In this document: positions 39,014 to 48,983 of the stretch, piece by piece
Position numbering within the stretch: the first letter of the stretch is position 1
Layout: each line of letters begins with the position of its first letter
NCBI GenBank assembly: GCA_910584165.1
Contig: CAJTZU010000001.1
Span: 200,321 to 264,320 of the forward strand
Direction: 5' to 3'
Length of the DNA: 64,000 bases
Source: an uncultured Bacilli bacterium
GTDB lineage: Bacteria > Bacillota_I > Bacilli_A > RF39 > UBA660
Notes under the pieces: generated by a model
What the model saw: only the letters and a program-made list of their open reading frames with translations
The model's database searches: none
What the model was told of the DNA's origin: nothing
Made by a program: the position numbers and the translations under genes

Positions 39014-39396
39014 GCTTTTTTTAGTTTTACTTCATCTCTTACAAGTGCTACAGAAGCAGATATAATTAAAATAATTCCTACTCCTGCTAGAAATAAAGAT
39101 TTAAATCCACAATCATCCGCTGTACAATATTCTATGTTTTGATATTCTACAATTCCCTTTATTGTTAAAATAATTCCTATTAAAATAAAAATAAGCATAA
39201 ATACTTTTCCAACTGGAAATTCTTGTTTAATAACAAATTCTTTCTCTTCTTCTTGTTCCTCCTCTGGATGCTCTACTACCATATGACAAATAGGACAAGA
39301 CTTTTCATCTTCCTTTAAAGCTGTGCCACAGTTTAAACAACGTAATTTTTTCTTTCTTCCCATATTATCATTCCTACTCTGATAATATTTTATCAT
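39010..39396 (-). CDS. Zinc-ribbon membrane protein
   Basis: CLNCG...CPICH zinc ribbon, an acidic linker and two TM helices. Confidence 0.6.
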   Translation of the reverse strand: MIKYYQSRNDNMGRKKKLRCLNCGTALKEDEKSCPICHMVVEHPEEEQEEEKEFVIKQEFPVGKVFMLIFILIGIILTIKGIVEYQNIEYCTADDCGFKSLFLAGVGIILIISASVALVRDEVKLKKA

Positions 39397-39420
39397 GTTT
39401 ATAAAAAAAAAGGAAGAATT

Positions 39421-40299
39421 TTATTTTCCTTCCATTTGTTTTGCAACTTCTTCAGCAAAATTTTCTTCCCTTTTTTCCATTCCTTCTCCAACTTCAAAAC
39501 GAGTCATTGAAACAATAGAGCCACCATTATTTTGAACAAATTTAGCAACTGTTTCTTTGTTTTCTGCTTTTACGAAGATTTGATTTTCTAAACATACTTC
39601 TTCATAATATTTATTAACTTTTCCAACAAGAATTTGCTCAATCTTATCAGCTGGTTTTCCTTCATTAGCAAGTTGTTCTCTCATGATTTCTTTTTCTTTC
39701 TCTAATACTTCAGTTGGAACATCACTAGATTTTACATATGCAGGTCTCATAGCTGCTGAATGCATAGATACATCTTTAGCAACTTCTGAAGAAGCTCCCT
39801 TTACTACAGTTAAAACAGCAATTTTACCACCCATATGAATATAATCACCGAATGCTTCATCATCTGATTTTACAATTCTTTCAAATCTTCTGAAACTTAA
39901 TTTTTCTCCAATTTTTGCTGTCTTATTAACAATTAAATCATTAATTGTTCCTTCACTAGAAGATAATGCTAAAACTTCTTCATTTGTCTTAACATCATTA
40001 TTTACAATTGCTGAAAGAATCTCTTCTACCATAGAAGTAAATTCCTCATTTTTAGCAACAAAGTCTGTTTCTGAATTTACTTCAACGATAGCAGCTACAT
40101 TGCCCTCTATTTTTATAGCAGCAATTCCTTCTGCAGCAATACGATCTGCTTTTTTAGCCGCTTTAGAAATTCCTTTTTCTCTTAACCAATCTGCTGCAGC
40201 ATCTAAATTTCCTTCTGTTGCTTCTAACGCTTTTTTACAGTCAAGCATTCCTGCCCCAGTTTTTTCTCTTAATTCTTTAACTAAACTAGCACTTATCAT
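39421..40299 (-). CDS. tsf: Elongation factor Ts
   Basis: MISASLVKELREKTGAGMLDCKKAL, the canonical EF-Ts N-terminus. I prefer the start at ATG 40299, preceded by GAGGAGGA. The track start at 40320 is an upstream TTG. Confidence 0.96.
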   Translation of the reverse strand: MISASLVKELREKTGAGMLDCKKALEATEGNLDAAADWLREKGISKAAKKADRIAAEGIAAIKIEGNVAAIVEVNSETDFVAKNEEFTSMVEEILSAIVNNDVKTNEEVLALSSSEGTINDLIVNKTAKIGEKLSFRRFERIVKSDDEAFGDYIHMGGKIAVLTVVKGASSEVAKDVSMHSAAMRPAYVKSSDVPTEVLEKEKEIMREQLANEGKPADKIEQILVGKVNKYYEEVCLENQIFVKAENKETVAKFVQNNGGSIVSMTRFEVGEGMEKREENFAEEVAKQMEGK

Positions 40300-40323
40300 A
40301 ATATTCCTCCTCTTATACAAAAT

Positions 40324-40347
40324 AAAGATGATTAAAAAATCATCTTT
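40324..40347 (-). terminator. rpsB-tsf intergenic hairpin (attenuator)
   Basis: 10-bp perfect stem AAAGATGATT/AATCATCTTT with a 4-nt loop, followed by ATTTTGT. Confidence 0.5.
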
Positions 40348-40353
40348 AATAAT

Positions 40354-41367
40354 TTATTTTAAAGCTTCTAATAATTCAGCTTTTTTCATTGTAGAATAAC
40401 CTTTTACTTCTTTAGCTTTTGCTAAATCACGAAGTTCTGAAACTGTTTTCTCTGTTAAATCTTCTTTAACTTCGGCTTTTTGTGGTTCAACAGTTTTTTC
40501 TTCTTTTGTCATTTTTGGCTCTTCTTTTGAATCTTTTTCTACTTTATTAAATGATTTTTTATTGCGATCAAATGGTTTTTTCTCAAATGTTCTTTTTTCT
40601 TCTTTTCTTCTTACAGATTCAACAGCACGTTGCATAATATCAGTACCATTTTCATCTGTTTTTCCACTAACGTAGTCAGTAATATGTCCACCATTAGCTT
40701 CAATAATAGCATTATTCATAACACCAATAATTAATTTTACAGCACGAATTGCATCATCATTAGCTGGAATTACATAATCTACCATATCTGGATCACAGTT
40801 AGTATCTACAATACCAAATACTGGAATATTTAACTTTCTAGCTTCACGAATAGCAATTTCTTCTTTAGATGGATCTACGATAAACATAGCTTGTGGTAAT
40901 TTATCCATATTGCGAATACCACATAATAATTTATCTAATTTAGCATATTCTTTCTTTAAACCTACTACTTCTTTTTTAGGTAATACATCAAATACACCAT
41001 TTTCTTCCATCTTCTCGATTTCTTCTAATCTTTTAATTCTCTTTCTAATTGTTTTAAAATTAGTAAGAGTTCCCCCTAACCACCTTTCAGTTACATAATA
41101 AGAATCACTCTTAAGTGCTTCCTCTTTTGCTGCTTCACTAGCTTGTTTTCTAGTTCCTACAAAGATAGTCTTTCCACCATTTTTTGCGATTTCATAAAGT
41201 GCAGCATAAGCCTCTTCAATCTTCTTAGCTGTCTTTTGTAAATCAATAATATAAATATCATCTCTTGAAGTAAAAATATACTCTTTCATTTTTGGATTCC
41301 ATCTTTTTGTTTGATGTCCAAAATGAACTCCTGCTTCTAGCAATAAATTCATTGATACTACTGCCAT
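40354..41367 (-). CDS. rpsB: 30S ribosomal protein S2 with an approximately 85-aa C-terminal extension
   Basis: S2 core ([30 protein letters not shown]). The extension is Lys/Glu-rich and ends in [28 protein letters not shown], which is Rho_N/SAP-like. Confidence 0.95.
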   Translation of the reverse strand: MAVVSMNLLLEAGVHFGHQTKRWNPKMKEYIFTSRDDIYIIDLQKTAKKIEEAYAALYEIAKNGGKTIFVGTRKQASEAAKEEALKSDSYYVTERWLGGTLTNFKTIRKRIKRLEEIEKMEENGVFDVLPKKEVVGLKKEYAKLDKLLCGIRNMDKLPQAMFIVDPSKEEIAIREARKLNIPVFGIVDTNCDPDMVDYVIPANDDAIRAVKLIIGVMNNAIIEANGGHITDYVSGKTDENGTDIMQRAVESVRRKEEKRTFEKKPFDRNKKSFNKVEKDSKEEPKMTKEEKTVEPQKAEVKEDLTEKTVSELRDLAKAKEVKGYSTMKKAELLEALK

Positions 41368-41475
41368 ATTTTACACATCCTTTCGTTACTTCTTCCATTT
41401 ATTTCGACTTAGAACACCACCCATTGGCACTAGGCATTCCAATCCATAAATGTGTTTTTTCAAAAAGCCATTATT

Positions 41476-41503
41476 ATTATATCACAATATTTCCTTTTTT
41501 CAA
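41476..41503 (-). promoter_or_regulatory. Promoter of rpsB-tsf
   Basis: Minus strand reads TTGAAA, a 16-nt spacer, then TATAAT. It sits directly after the terminator of the upstream gene and gives a leader of about 100 nt. Confidence 0.5.
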
Positions 41504-41525
41504 CTATTTTTCTAACTCTTTTTTT

Positions 41526-41550
41526 GAAAAAAAAGCTAGTTTTCACTAGC
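41526..41550 (-). terminator. Terminator ending the pilin-trmH-rimM-trmD-orf163 operon
   Basis: Minus strand: GCTAGT-GAAA-ACTAGC then TTTTTTTT. Confidence 0.7.
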
Positions 41551-41554
41551 CATT

Positions 41555-42046
41555 TTATCTACTTTTTCCATTGACATTCATATTCTCATAGGAATCATCA
41601 TAAGATTTTTGTCTTTCTAACATTTTCATAACTTTTAATTTTAGTTCATACTCTAAAAGTTCAATTTTTTGAACCATCAAAAGTGTATATTCTTCTCCTA
41701 AATATTTTTGATATTTATATCGGATAATATCTTTATAACGGCTTAATTCTCCTAAAATTTCATTTAAGCCACTTCCATCAGTAGAATCAGAATCATCATC
41801 AATAACATCAATAATATATTGAAGATATAAATCTAGCTTTTTCTTGATTTTTCTTTTTAGTAGTTTTTCAACAAAAGTTCTTTTAATAATTACTAACTTA
41901 TTTACTACTACCCCATCGTATTGCATTTGATTTTTAGGAGTGATATTAAATCCTTCACTGATTTTTTGAAAATCAAAATAGACAACATCTCCTGGCTGAG
42001 TTTGTTTTACTATATTGTAATATTGTCTATTAGTCATAAAAATCAT
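41555..42046 (-). CDS. Hypothetical protein (163 aa), translationally coupled to trmD
   Basis: ATGA overlap with the trmD stop. No motif recognised. It occupies the position where rplS usually lies. Confidence 0.6.
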   Translation of the reverse strand: MIFMTNRQYYNIVKQTQPGDVVYFDFQKISEGFNITPKNQMQYDGVVVNKLVIIKRTFVEKLLKRKIKKKLDLYLQYIIDVIDDDSDSTDGSGLNEILGELSRYKDIIRYKYQKYLGEEYTLLMVQKIELLEYELKLKVMKMLERQKSYDDSYENMNVNGKSR

Positions 42047-42711
42047 CTCTCTTCTAGCAAATCAGGTCTTTTTTCTTTTGTCTTTCTAAGTTGCTCTTCA
42101 TAACGCCATTTACGAATATTTTCATGATGACCAGATAGAAGAACCTCTGGTACTTTCATTCCTTCAAAATCTAAAGGTTTCGTATAAACTGGATAATCTA
42201 ATAAATTTTCATGAAAAGAATCTTGAATATGAGACTCCTCTTCAATTACACCCTCTAACAGTCTTACAACACTGTCAATAACTACCATACTAGGAATTTC
42301 TCCTCCTGTCAATACATAATCACCAATACTAATCTCTTCATCCACAAAAGAGCGGATTCTTTCATCAAATCCTTCATAATGACCACATACTAAAATTAAA
42401 TGAGAAAAATTCGCTAATTCATAAGCATGGCTCTGCTTATAGGGTCTCCCTTGTGGTGTCATCAATAAAACTCTTGATGTAGGTGTTCTTAAATCTTTAA
42501 TCGCATCACAAATTGGCTGAGGCATTAAAACCATCCCAGCTCCTCCACCATAACCATAATCATCCACTTTATGATGGGGATCTTTAGAATAATTCCTAAA
42601 ATTAATAATATTAATTTCTACTTTACCAGACAATCTAGCACGTTTAATAATAGACTCCTCTAATATACCTTTAAACATTTCTGGAAATAAGGTTAATATA
42701 TCAATCTTCAT
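42043..42711 (-). CDS. trmD: tRNA (guanine37-N1)-methyltransferase
   Basis: Typical TrmD sequence ([44 protein letters not shown]). Confidence 0.96.
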   Translation of the reverse strand: MKIDILTLFPEMFKGILEESIIKRARLSGKVEINIINFRNYSKDPHHKVDDYGYGGGAGMVLMPQPICDAIKDLRTPTSRVLLMTPQGRPYKQSHAYELANFSHLILVCGHYEGFDERIRSFVDEEISIGDYVLTGGEIPSMVVIDSVVRLLEGVIEEESHIQDSFHENLLDYPVYTKPLDFEGMKVPEVLLSGHHENIRKWRYEEQLRKTKEKRPDLLEER

Positions 42712-43192
42712 CTAATAGTCCCTTCATATAACGAATCTCTAATCTTTTTTTGGATAAATCAACATTTTTGATAAACTCATTAACATTAGGAATCATATGT
42801 TTACTACCATTTTTTACTACTAAAATATCATGAGCATTAGTCTTTAAAATACTATCAACATGCCCAATATGGTTATCATTACAATATACTTCTAATCCTA
42901 TTAAATCTTCATCCAAATATCCATCATACTCAATATCAGAACGATTTACATACATAGGCTCATTTTTATAAATGATAACATCGTCTATATGATTTTTATC
43001 TTTAAAAGTAACCATATCGTAATTCTTATGTACACGGTGTGTATTAATAATTTCTTCTTTATGATTTTTACCAATATAGCATTTTCTATTGGTCATAAAA
43101 ACAGTGTCTTTAAATTTAAAGTCACTAACAATTCTAATTTCTCCTTTTAAACCGTGGGTATTTACAATATCTCCCACATATATATAATCCAT
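42701..43192 (-). CDS. rimM: 16S rRNA processing protein RimM
   Basis: N-terminal [16 protein letters not shown] and a PRC barrel C-terminus. Lies upstream of trmD. Confidence 0.88.
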   Translation of the reverse strand: MDYIYVGDIVNTHGLKGEIRIVSDFKFKDTVFMTNRKCYIGKNHKEEIINTHRVHKNYDMVTFKDKNHIDDVIIYKNEPMYVNRSDIEYDGYLDEDLIGLEVYCNDNHIGHVDSILKTNAHDILVVKNGSKHMIPNVNEFIKNVDLSKKRLEIRYMKGLLDED

Positions 43193-43199
43193 ACTACAC

Positions 43200-43928
43200 C
43201 TACTTATCTAATTCATACATAAGAATACTTGCCGCTACTCCTACATTTAAACTCTCACATCTCTCATCCATATTAATATAAGCAAATAAATCACAATAGT
43301 TTGCTACTTTATCGCTCATACCTTTTCCTTCATTACCAACTATTATAGCAAATAACTTTCCTTTTTCAACATTTTTTATACTTACTCCACCAGTTACTTT
43401 TGTTCCCATAATAGTATAACCTTTTTTTTGCAATTGAGGTAATAGTTCTTCTAAATCACCAACTACAATATTTACTTGAAATAATAATCCTTGAGTTGCT
43501 CTTAATACTTTCTCATTATAGACATCTACAGTATCTTTACTTAAAACAATAGTATCTACATGAAAAGCTACCGCACTCCTAATAATAGTCCCCAAATTTC
43601 CAGGATCTTGAATATTATCTAAAACAATAACATTCCCAATAATTTCTTTCCTATCTAACTTTTTACAAACACCCATAATTGGTTGAGGAGTTTCTAATTC
43701 TGATAAATAAGAAAGAACCTGATTAGATACAACAATAGTATCAATATCTAAGGAAAAAGAAGTTCCTTCCCTGATAATTAAAGTTTCTAAAATACCTCTT
43801 TTATAGGCCTCTATCACAAGATGTTCTCCCTCAATCAAGAAAAGATTCTCCTTATCACGATATTTCTTACTACGTAACTTTTTGAAATCCTTAATAGTTT
43901 GATTTTCTATTGATTCAATTCGTTTCAT
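43200..43928 (-). CDS. TrmH/SpoU family RNA 2'-O-methyltransferase
   Basis: SPOUT motifs (LDNIQDPGNLGTIIRSA, IVGNEGKGMS, ESLNVGVAASI). Confidence 0.85.
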   Translation of the reverse strand: MKRIESIENQTIKDFKKLRSKKYRDKENLFLIEGEHLVIEAYKRGILETLIIREGTSFSLDIDTIVVSNQVLSYLSELETPQPIMGVCKKLDRKEIIGNVIVLDNIQDPGNLGTIIRSAVAFHVDTIVLSKDTVDVYNEKVLRATQGLLFQVNIVVGDLEELLPQLQKKGYTIMGTKVTGGVSIKNVEKGKLFAIIVGNEGKGMSDKVANYCDLFAYINMDERCESLNVGVAASILMYELDK

Positions 43929-44335
43929 GATAATTTTTCCGAACTACACTTATTAGAATCATCTTGAGAAGATGTATGCTCATCTTGGAAAGCATACTCT
44001 AAATTTTTATTATTTCTTTTTATTTTTATATAGGCATTTTTATAAGGTTCTGATTTTTTTGGATCCTTTAAATCTAAATCCACAAATCCTTCTTTTTGTA
44101 ATCTCTCTATAGAAACACATATATGATTTCCATCTGATGGTAAATATTTTATATTATCAATATCAGAAGCCCAATCTTTTGCAGCTAAAATTACATTATT
44201 CTTTTGTGCTTCCGATAATTCATCTTTACTATTTTTAATAATACCTGTAACAGCAGGAACAGCAACAAGTGCTAATAATCCTAAAATAACAATAACTGCT
44301 ATTAATTCTACTAAAGTAAAACCATGTTCTTTCAT
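43925..44335 (-). CDS. Type IV pilin / pseudopilin-like protein (prepilin N-terminal cleavage/methylation motif)
   Basis: I prefer the start at ATG 44335 (AGGTGAG RBS): MKEHGFTLVELIAVIVILGLLALVAVP, a class III signal with G|FTLVE. ATGA overlap with the downstream TrmH-family gene. Confidence 0.75.
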   Translation of the reverse strand: MKEHGFTLVELIAVIVILGLLALVAVPAVTGIIKNSKDELSEAQKNNVILAAKDWASDIDNIKYLPSDGNHICVSIERLQKEGFVDLDLKDPKKSEPYKNAYIKIKRNNKNLEYAFQDEHTSSQDDSNKCSSEKLS

Positions 44336-44431
44336 ATTCTCACCTAGTACCATTATAACAATATATCGCTTTTTTTTCAATAAAATTATGTTAGGAAAGG
44401 ACATTTCATATACATCCATAAAAAAAAGAGA

Positions 44432-45709
44432 TTACTCTCTATATTCAAATTCATAATCTAGAATCTTAACAGTATCTCCATTTTGTATTCCCATCTCTTT
44501 TAATTTATCATCAATTCCTAATTTTCTTAGTTTATTAGAAAATCTTAAAAATGCTTCATCCGTTACAAACCAAGTCATTTTATAGATTTTTTCTATCTCG
44601 TCACCTTTCACAACATAAACATTATCAGATTCTTTATAGACTTTAAATGGTTGTTCCTCTTTAAATTTATATAAAACATGACTTTCAAACTTTTCTTCCT
44701 CATAAAGAGGTACTTTTTCAATCTTTTCTAATTGATTTGCAAGTTCCACTAAAACTTCTTCTAATCCTCTATTTTCCATCGCACTAATTTCAAAAATAGG
44801 AACATTTGTAACTTTCTTTTTAAATTTTTCTAAATTACCTTTCGCACTATCCATATCCATTTTATTTGCTAAAATAATTTGTGGCTTTTCCAATATCTTA
44901 GAATTAAAATTTTCTAGTTCCTTATTAATCGTTACATAATCTTCATAAGGATCTCTACCTTCAAATCCACTCATATCAATAACATGCGCAATTACTCTTG
45001 TTCTCTCAATGTGTTTTAAGAATTTATCGCCTAATCCTTCTCCTAAAGATGCACCCTCAATTAATCCTGGAAGATCGGCAACTACAAAAGAGCGACCATC
45101 TTTTGTTTTTGTAACACCTAAATTTGGATGTAAAGTTGTAAAATGATAAGCAGCAATTTTAGGTTTCGCTGCTGATATCTGAGAAATAATAGTAGATTTT
45201 CCAACACTAGGCATACCAACTAATCCAACATCCGCTAATAGTTTTAATTCTACTTTTAGCTTTTTTTCTTCACCAGGTTCCCCATTCTCAGCAAAGTCAG
45301 GAGCAGGGTTTGTCCTTGTTACAAAAGCCATATTACCACGACCACCACGACCACCTTCTGCTGCTACTACACGGTCCCCTTTTTTTGTTAAATCTCCTAA
45401 TATAAAGTTTGTTTCTAAATCCGTAACAACCGTTCCTAAAGGCACTTTTACAATTAAATCTTGAGCATTCTTACCATTCATGCCTTTTCCTTGACCATGC
45501 TCTCCATTTTTGGCCTTGTATCTTTTACTAAAACGTAAATCTATTAGTGTATTTAAACCTTCATCTACTTCAAAGATTACATTACCACCACGGCCACCAT
45601 TTCCACCAAAAGGGCCACCCATCTCAATATATTTCTCTCTTCTGAAAGCAAGACATCCATTCCCACCATTTCCAGCTATTACTTCCACTTTTACTTCATC
45701 AATAAACAT
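44432..45709 (-). CDS. obg: GTPase Obg/CgtA
   Basis: Gly-rich Obg fold N-terminus (GGNGGNGCLAFRREK), G domain (GMPSVGKST, DLPGLIEGA, NKMD) and an OCT C-terminal domain. Confidence 0.96.
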   Translation of the reverse strand: MFIDEVKVEVIAGNGGNGCLAFRREKYIEMGGPFGGNGGRGGNVIFEVDEGLNTLIDLRFSKRYKAKNGEHGQGKGMNGKNAQDLIVKVPLGTVVTDLETNFILGDLTKKGDRVVAAEGGRGGRGNMAFVTRTNPAPDFAENGEPGEEKKLKVELKLLADVGLVGMPSVGKSTIISQISAAKPKIAAYHFTTLHPNLGVTKTKDGRSFVVADLPGLIEGASLGEGLGDKFLKHIERTRVIAHVIDMSGFEGRDPYEDYVTINKELENFNSKILEKPQIILANKMDMDSAKGNLEKFKKKVTNVPIFEISAMENRGLEEVLVELANQLEKIEKVPLYEEEKFESHVLYKFKEEQPFKVYKESDNVYVVKGDEIEKIYKMTWFVTDEAFLRFSNKLRKLGIDDKLKEMGIQNGDTVKILDYEFEYRE

Positions 45710-45762
45710 TTTACATGCCCCCTTTTGAACTTTGCTATTATATCAAATAATCGAAAAGAAAT

Positions 45763-47358
45763 CTATTGTTTTGTATAAAATTCTTTGGCAGTTCTATAAG
45801 AATAATAGGTATTACCAATCGTATAATAATGTTCTTGTAAACTAGCATTACTAAAATGATTCTCTCCTACTTTTGTCCCGTCAGTACTATTATAAACAAT
45901 AAGCTTATCATCATAAAACAAGATTACAAAATTTAGTTTCGAACCTTCTCTATTTGTATTTTTAAAACTTCTAAAACCACTTTCTAATACCTGATGTTTC
46001 TTATCAATTAATTGATAATTTCCTGATTTATCCATGCCCACATAAAGATTATTAGCTGCATATAAAACACGATAAATTTCTGATACTCTCTCCATCGTAT
46101 CATTTAATAAATAATAATTCTCGGAATCACTAGCAACAATTGCTAATCCATTTTCATCCCAACCAGAAGCCTTATAAAAATAATCTGTTAGTTTTTCTCC
46201 AGTTTTGCTATGATAAGCATAGCCAGTTCCTGTTCCAGCACAATTACCTTGATTATAGGCTCTGACTAAATATCCATCTCGTATCATTTGATCTACTGTT
46301 GCACAATCCACACGATAGCGCTCTATACCATCTATATAAAATACTAATCCTGTATCTTTTTTTAAGGCATAAGTCTTTGCATTATGATATCCTGAAACTA
46401 AATCTTCATGTACAGTTCCATTGCTAATAAAATGGTATATATCCGCACTTGCACTATCACAAACTACTTCACCATCTTCCATAATATCCAACGAACTGCA
46501 AACAAATTTTCCCACATTGTAACGTTCTTTTCCCTTTTGAATAACACGATAATCTCTTACTGTATCATTAATAGAGCAACTAGATAAAATAACTGTATTT
46601 TCTTTCGCTTTAAATACACAGTATGTTCCATCTAATTCTAATATTTTTTTTCCTTCATCTATATTATATAAATAAGTTTTATAAGCATCCATCAAGGTCA
46701 CATAGCCATCTGATACTTTAGAAGATTTAGAATAATTCCCCTTTTTTAATGTATCTAAAGTATCTCCTTTATAATTTACAACGGTAACATCCTCACTTCC
46801 CTCTTTTGCAATTAAGAAAAGAGATGGGTCTTCAAAAGGGATAATCGCAAGATTGGAGTCCTCCATAATCTTCTCTCCCTTATAGTTTACGATTTTAAAG
46901 GAACCACCATTTGCTGGTTTTACAAGAAATAAAGTTTGATAATCCACGATATAGTCATCTGCAAATGGAATCAAATAAGTACCATCATCTCGGATAAGTG
47001 CTGATTTTCCATCGTGGCTTTCTACTCTTGTTACACCGCCATAAAAAGTACCAATTCTTTTAAAAATAAAATCGCTTAATTGTGTCCCATCTTCATGAAA
47101 CAAAGCATAACGCATATTACTATTTTCAATAAAGAAAGAATCTGTTTCCTTTAATTTATCATATTCCATTTTATTTTTTGATGACTTTTTACCAAAAAAG
47201 AGAAATCCCACTACTACTAATATCACCATTATAATGCCTATCACAGCTATCCACCATTTGCTTTTCTTTTTTGGTGGTATCACTTCTGGCATCATTTGAT
47301 AAGAATAATTTGGAACTTGACAATAATTATTTTGATTTTGATTATACATAACATACAC
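45763..47358 (-). CDS. Membrane-anchored protein with WG-like beta repeats
   Basis: Pro/Gln-rich N-terminus and one TM helix. Repeated segments of the type F.GG..RV...DGK.ALI..DGTYLIPF.DDYI resemble WG-containing repeats. Confidence 0.55.
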   Translation of the reverse strand: MYVMYNQNQNNYCQVPNYSYQMMPEVIPPKKKSKWWIAVIGIIMVILVVVGFLFFGKKSSKNKMEYDKLKETDSFFIENSNMRYALFHEDGTQLSDFIFKRIGTFYGGVTRVESHDGKSALIRDDGTYLIPFADDYIVDYQTLFLVKPANGGSFKIVNYKGEKIMEDSNLAIIPFEDPSLFLIAKEGSEDVTVVNYKGDTLDTLKKGNYSKSSKVSDGYVTLMDAYKTYLYNIDEGKKILELDGTYCVFKAKENTVILSSCSINDTVRDYRVIQKGKERYNVGKFVCSSLDIMEDGEVVCDSASADIYHFISNGTVHEDLVSGYHNAKTYALKKDTGLVFYIDGIERYRVDCATVDQMIRDGYLVRAYNQGNCAGTGTGYAYHSKTGEKLTDYFYKASGWDENGLAIVASDSENYYLLNDTMERVSEIYRVLYAANNLYVGMDKSGNYQLIDKKHQVLESGFRSFKNTNREGSKLNFVILFYDDKLIVYNSTDGTKVGENHFSNASLQEHYYTIGNTYYSYRTAKEFYTKQ

Positions 47359-47380
47359 GTCCTTACTCTACTTATTATTA

Positions 47381-47413
47381 TAACAAAAGAGATGAAATAA
47401 ATCCATCTCTTTT
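47381..47413 (-). terminator. Terminator after the ABC-2 operon
   Basis: Minus strand: AAAAGAGATG, a 9-nt loop, CATCTCTTTT, then GTTAT. Confidence 0.55.
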
Positions 47414-48208
47414 CTATATTCTTGCATTCATTAAGTTACTAGAAGAATACCTTTTAAGACCTCTGTTAAAGATAAAGAAAGCAAGAAATACTACAAAAAA
47501 CATAATAACAATAATCAATAAGAAAACATCTAGTTGAAAAGATACTAATATTTTAATAGGAATATAATTAATAAAGCCAACAGGCACTATTGTAAATAGT
47601 AGTACCTTTACTACCCCTTTAAATATTCCATCTGGATAAGTTGCAAAATTAGTCATTAATCCGTTCCCAGTATCTGCTATCATATCTGCTTTTTGAATCC
47701 AGAAGCTAAGACTTCCTAAAATGACTGCAAAAGAGGTTAATATAATGCCTCCTGTAATACAGAAGAAAAAGAATAGAAAAAATTGTATACCTGTTAAAGT
47801 AGCGATAAAACACATAAAAAATCCATATAAAATATCTCCCAAAGCTGAAGTTTTTACATCAGAAGTAATTGCTGATAATAAAACATTTTTAGGTTGTACT
47901 AAAAAAACATCTAATTTTCCTTCTGTTATAGTATCCGCTAAGGTATAAGCTTTTTCAAAAAAGAAATGGCTGACTCCATAAGTGCCTGCTGCTATTCCCC
48001 ATAAAAGCATTACCTCTTTAAATGTATATCCTCCTACATTATCTTTAATCGAATAAAGGATAATCCATTGAACAATAAAACATGCATTATTTAAAATCAT
48101 AAAAACAATATTCGTAATAAAAGTTGTCTTATTAAGCATTTCACGCATAAGAGCATACTTAATATTTAAAAGAGTAACTTTTACTTGATTTTTAACCACC
48201 GTTAACAT
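47414..48208 (-). CDS. ABC-2 family transporter permease
   Basis: 264 aa with 6 predicted TM segments. Overlaps the preceding permease gene. Confidence 0.75.
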   Translation of the reverse strand: MLTVVKNQVKVTLLNIKYALMREMLNKTTFITNIVFMILNNACFIVQWIILYSIKDNVGGYTFKEVMLLWGIAAGTYGVSHFFFEKAYTLADTITEGKLDVFLVQPKNVLLSAITSDVKTSALGDILYGFFMCFIATLTGIQFFLFFFFCITGGIILTSFAVILGSLSFWIQKADMIADTGNGLMTNFATYPDGIFKGVVKVLLFTIVPVGFINYIPIKILVSFQLDVFLLIIVIMFFVVFLAFFIFNRGLKRYSSSNLMNARI

Positions 48209-48983
48209 TTAATTTTTTCACCCCTTTCTTGTATAACAAAGTGCAAATAAAATATACTACTACTAAATAAATAAATTGAATACCAATTACTTGCAAAGCA
48301 TATAACATATCAAAATGAACAAATAACTTAGCTGGTCCATAACAAATCGCAAAAATAGGACTATAATTTAAAATTGGCCTTACTATCTTTGGAAAAAATT
48401 CTATAGGAAAAAGAGTACCTACAATTAATATAAATTTACTATATAACCAGTAAAATGGTTGGGCATCTTCGATAAAAAAAGAAAATAATCCAATAATTAA
48501 AATTAATAAAGTACTAATTCCTAAAGATAGTATAGAAGAAAATGCTATTAAAAGGATTGAAATCAAAGATAATTTTGGAAATCCTCCTAAAAAGAAAAAT
48601 CCCATTATCATTCCTAACAAGAAGTAAATAGCAGTTTTTACAGCAATACTTCCTAAGTGACTAGATACTACATAACCTATATAACTATATGGTTTACAAA
48701 TATTATAAGCAATATTTCCGCTTTTAATATCATTACAAATCTTTGTACAGAGTTTTCTGCCTCCTAAACTACTCCATAAGATTTCTGTAATAATCACATA
48801 CCAAACCATCTCACTCATTGTATATCCATTAATTAATTCATTAGGGTCACTATATAAATATTCCCATAATTGGAAAAATACAAATAAAATAACTGCATAT
48901 CCAATAAATCCAAATATAACATTTAGAATGTATTGTAAGCTACTCATAAATTCAGATTTAAAAATAAATACATATTTTTTCAT
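48192..48983 (-). CDS. ABC-2 family transporter permease
   Basis: 263 aa, polytopic. 4-nt overlap with the ATPase gene. Confidence 0.75.
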   Translation of the reverse strand: MKKYVFIFKSEFMSSLQYILNVIFGFIGYAVILFVFFQLWEYLYSDPNELINGYTMSEMVWYVIITEILWSSLGGRKLCTKICNDIKSGNIAYNICKPYSYIGYVVSSHLGSIAVKTAIYFLLGMIMGFFFLGGFPKLSLISILLIAFSSILSLGISTLLILIIGLFSFFIEDAQPFYWLYSKFILIVGTLFPIEFFPKIVRPILNYSPIFAICYGPAKLFVHFDMLYALQVIGIQFIYLVVVYFICTLLYKKGVKKLNVNGG

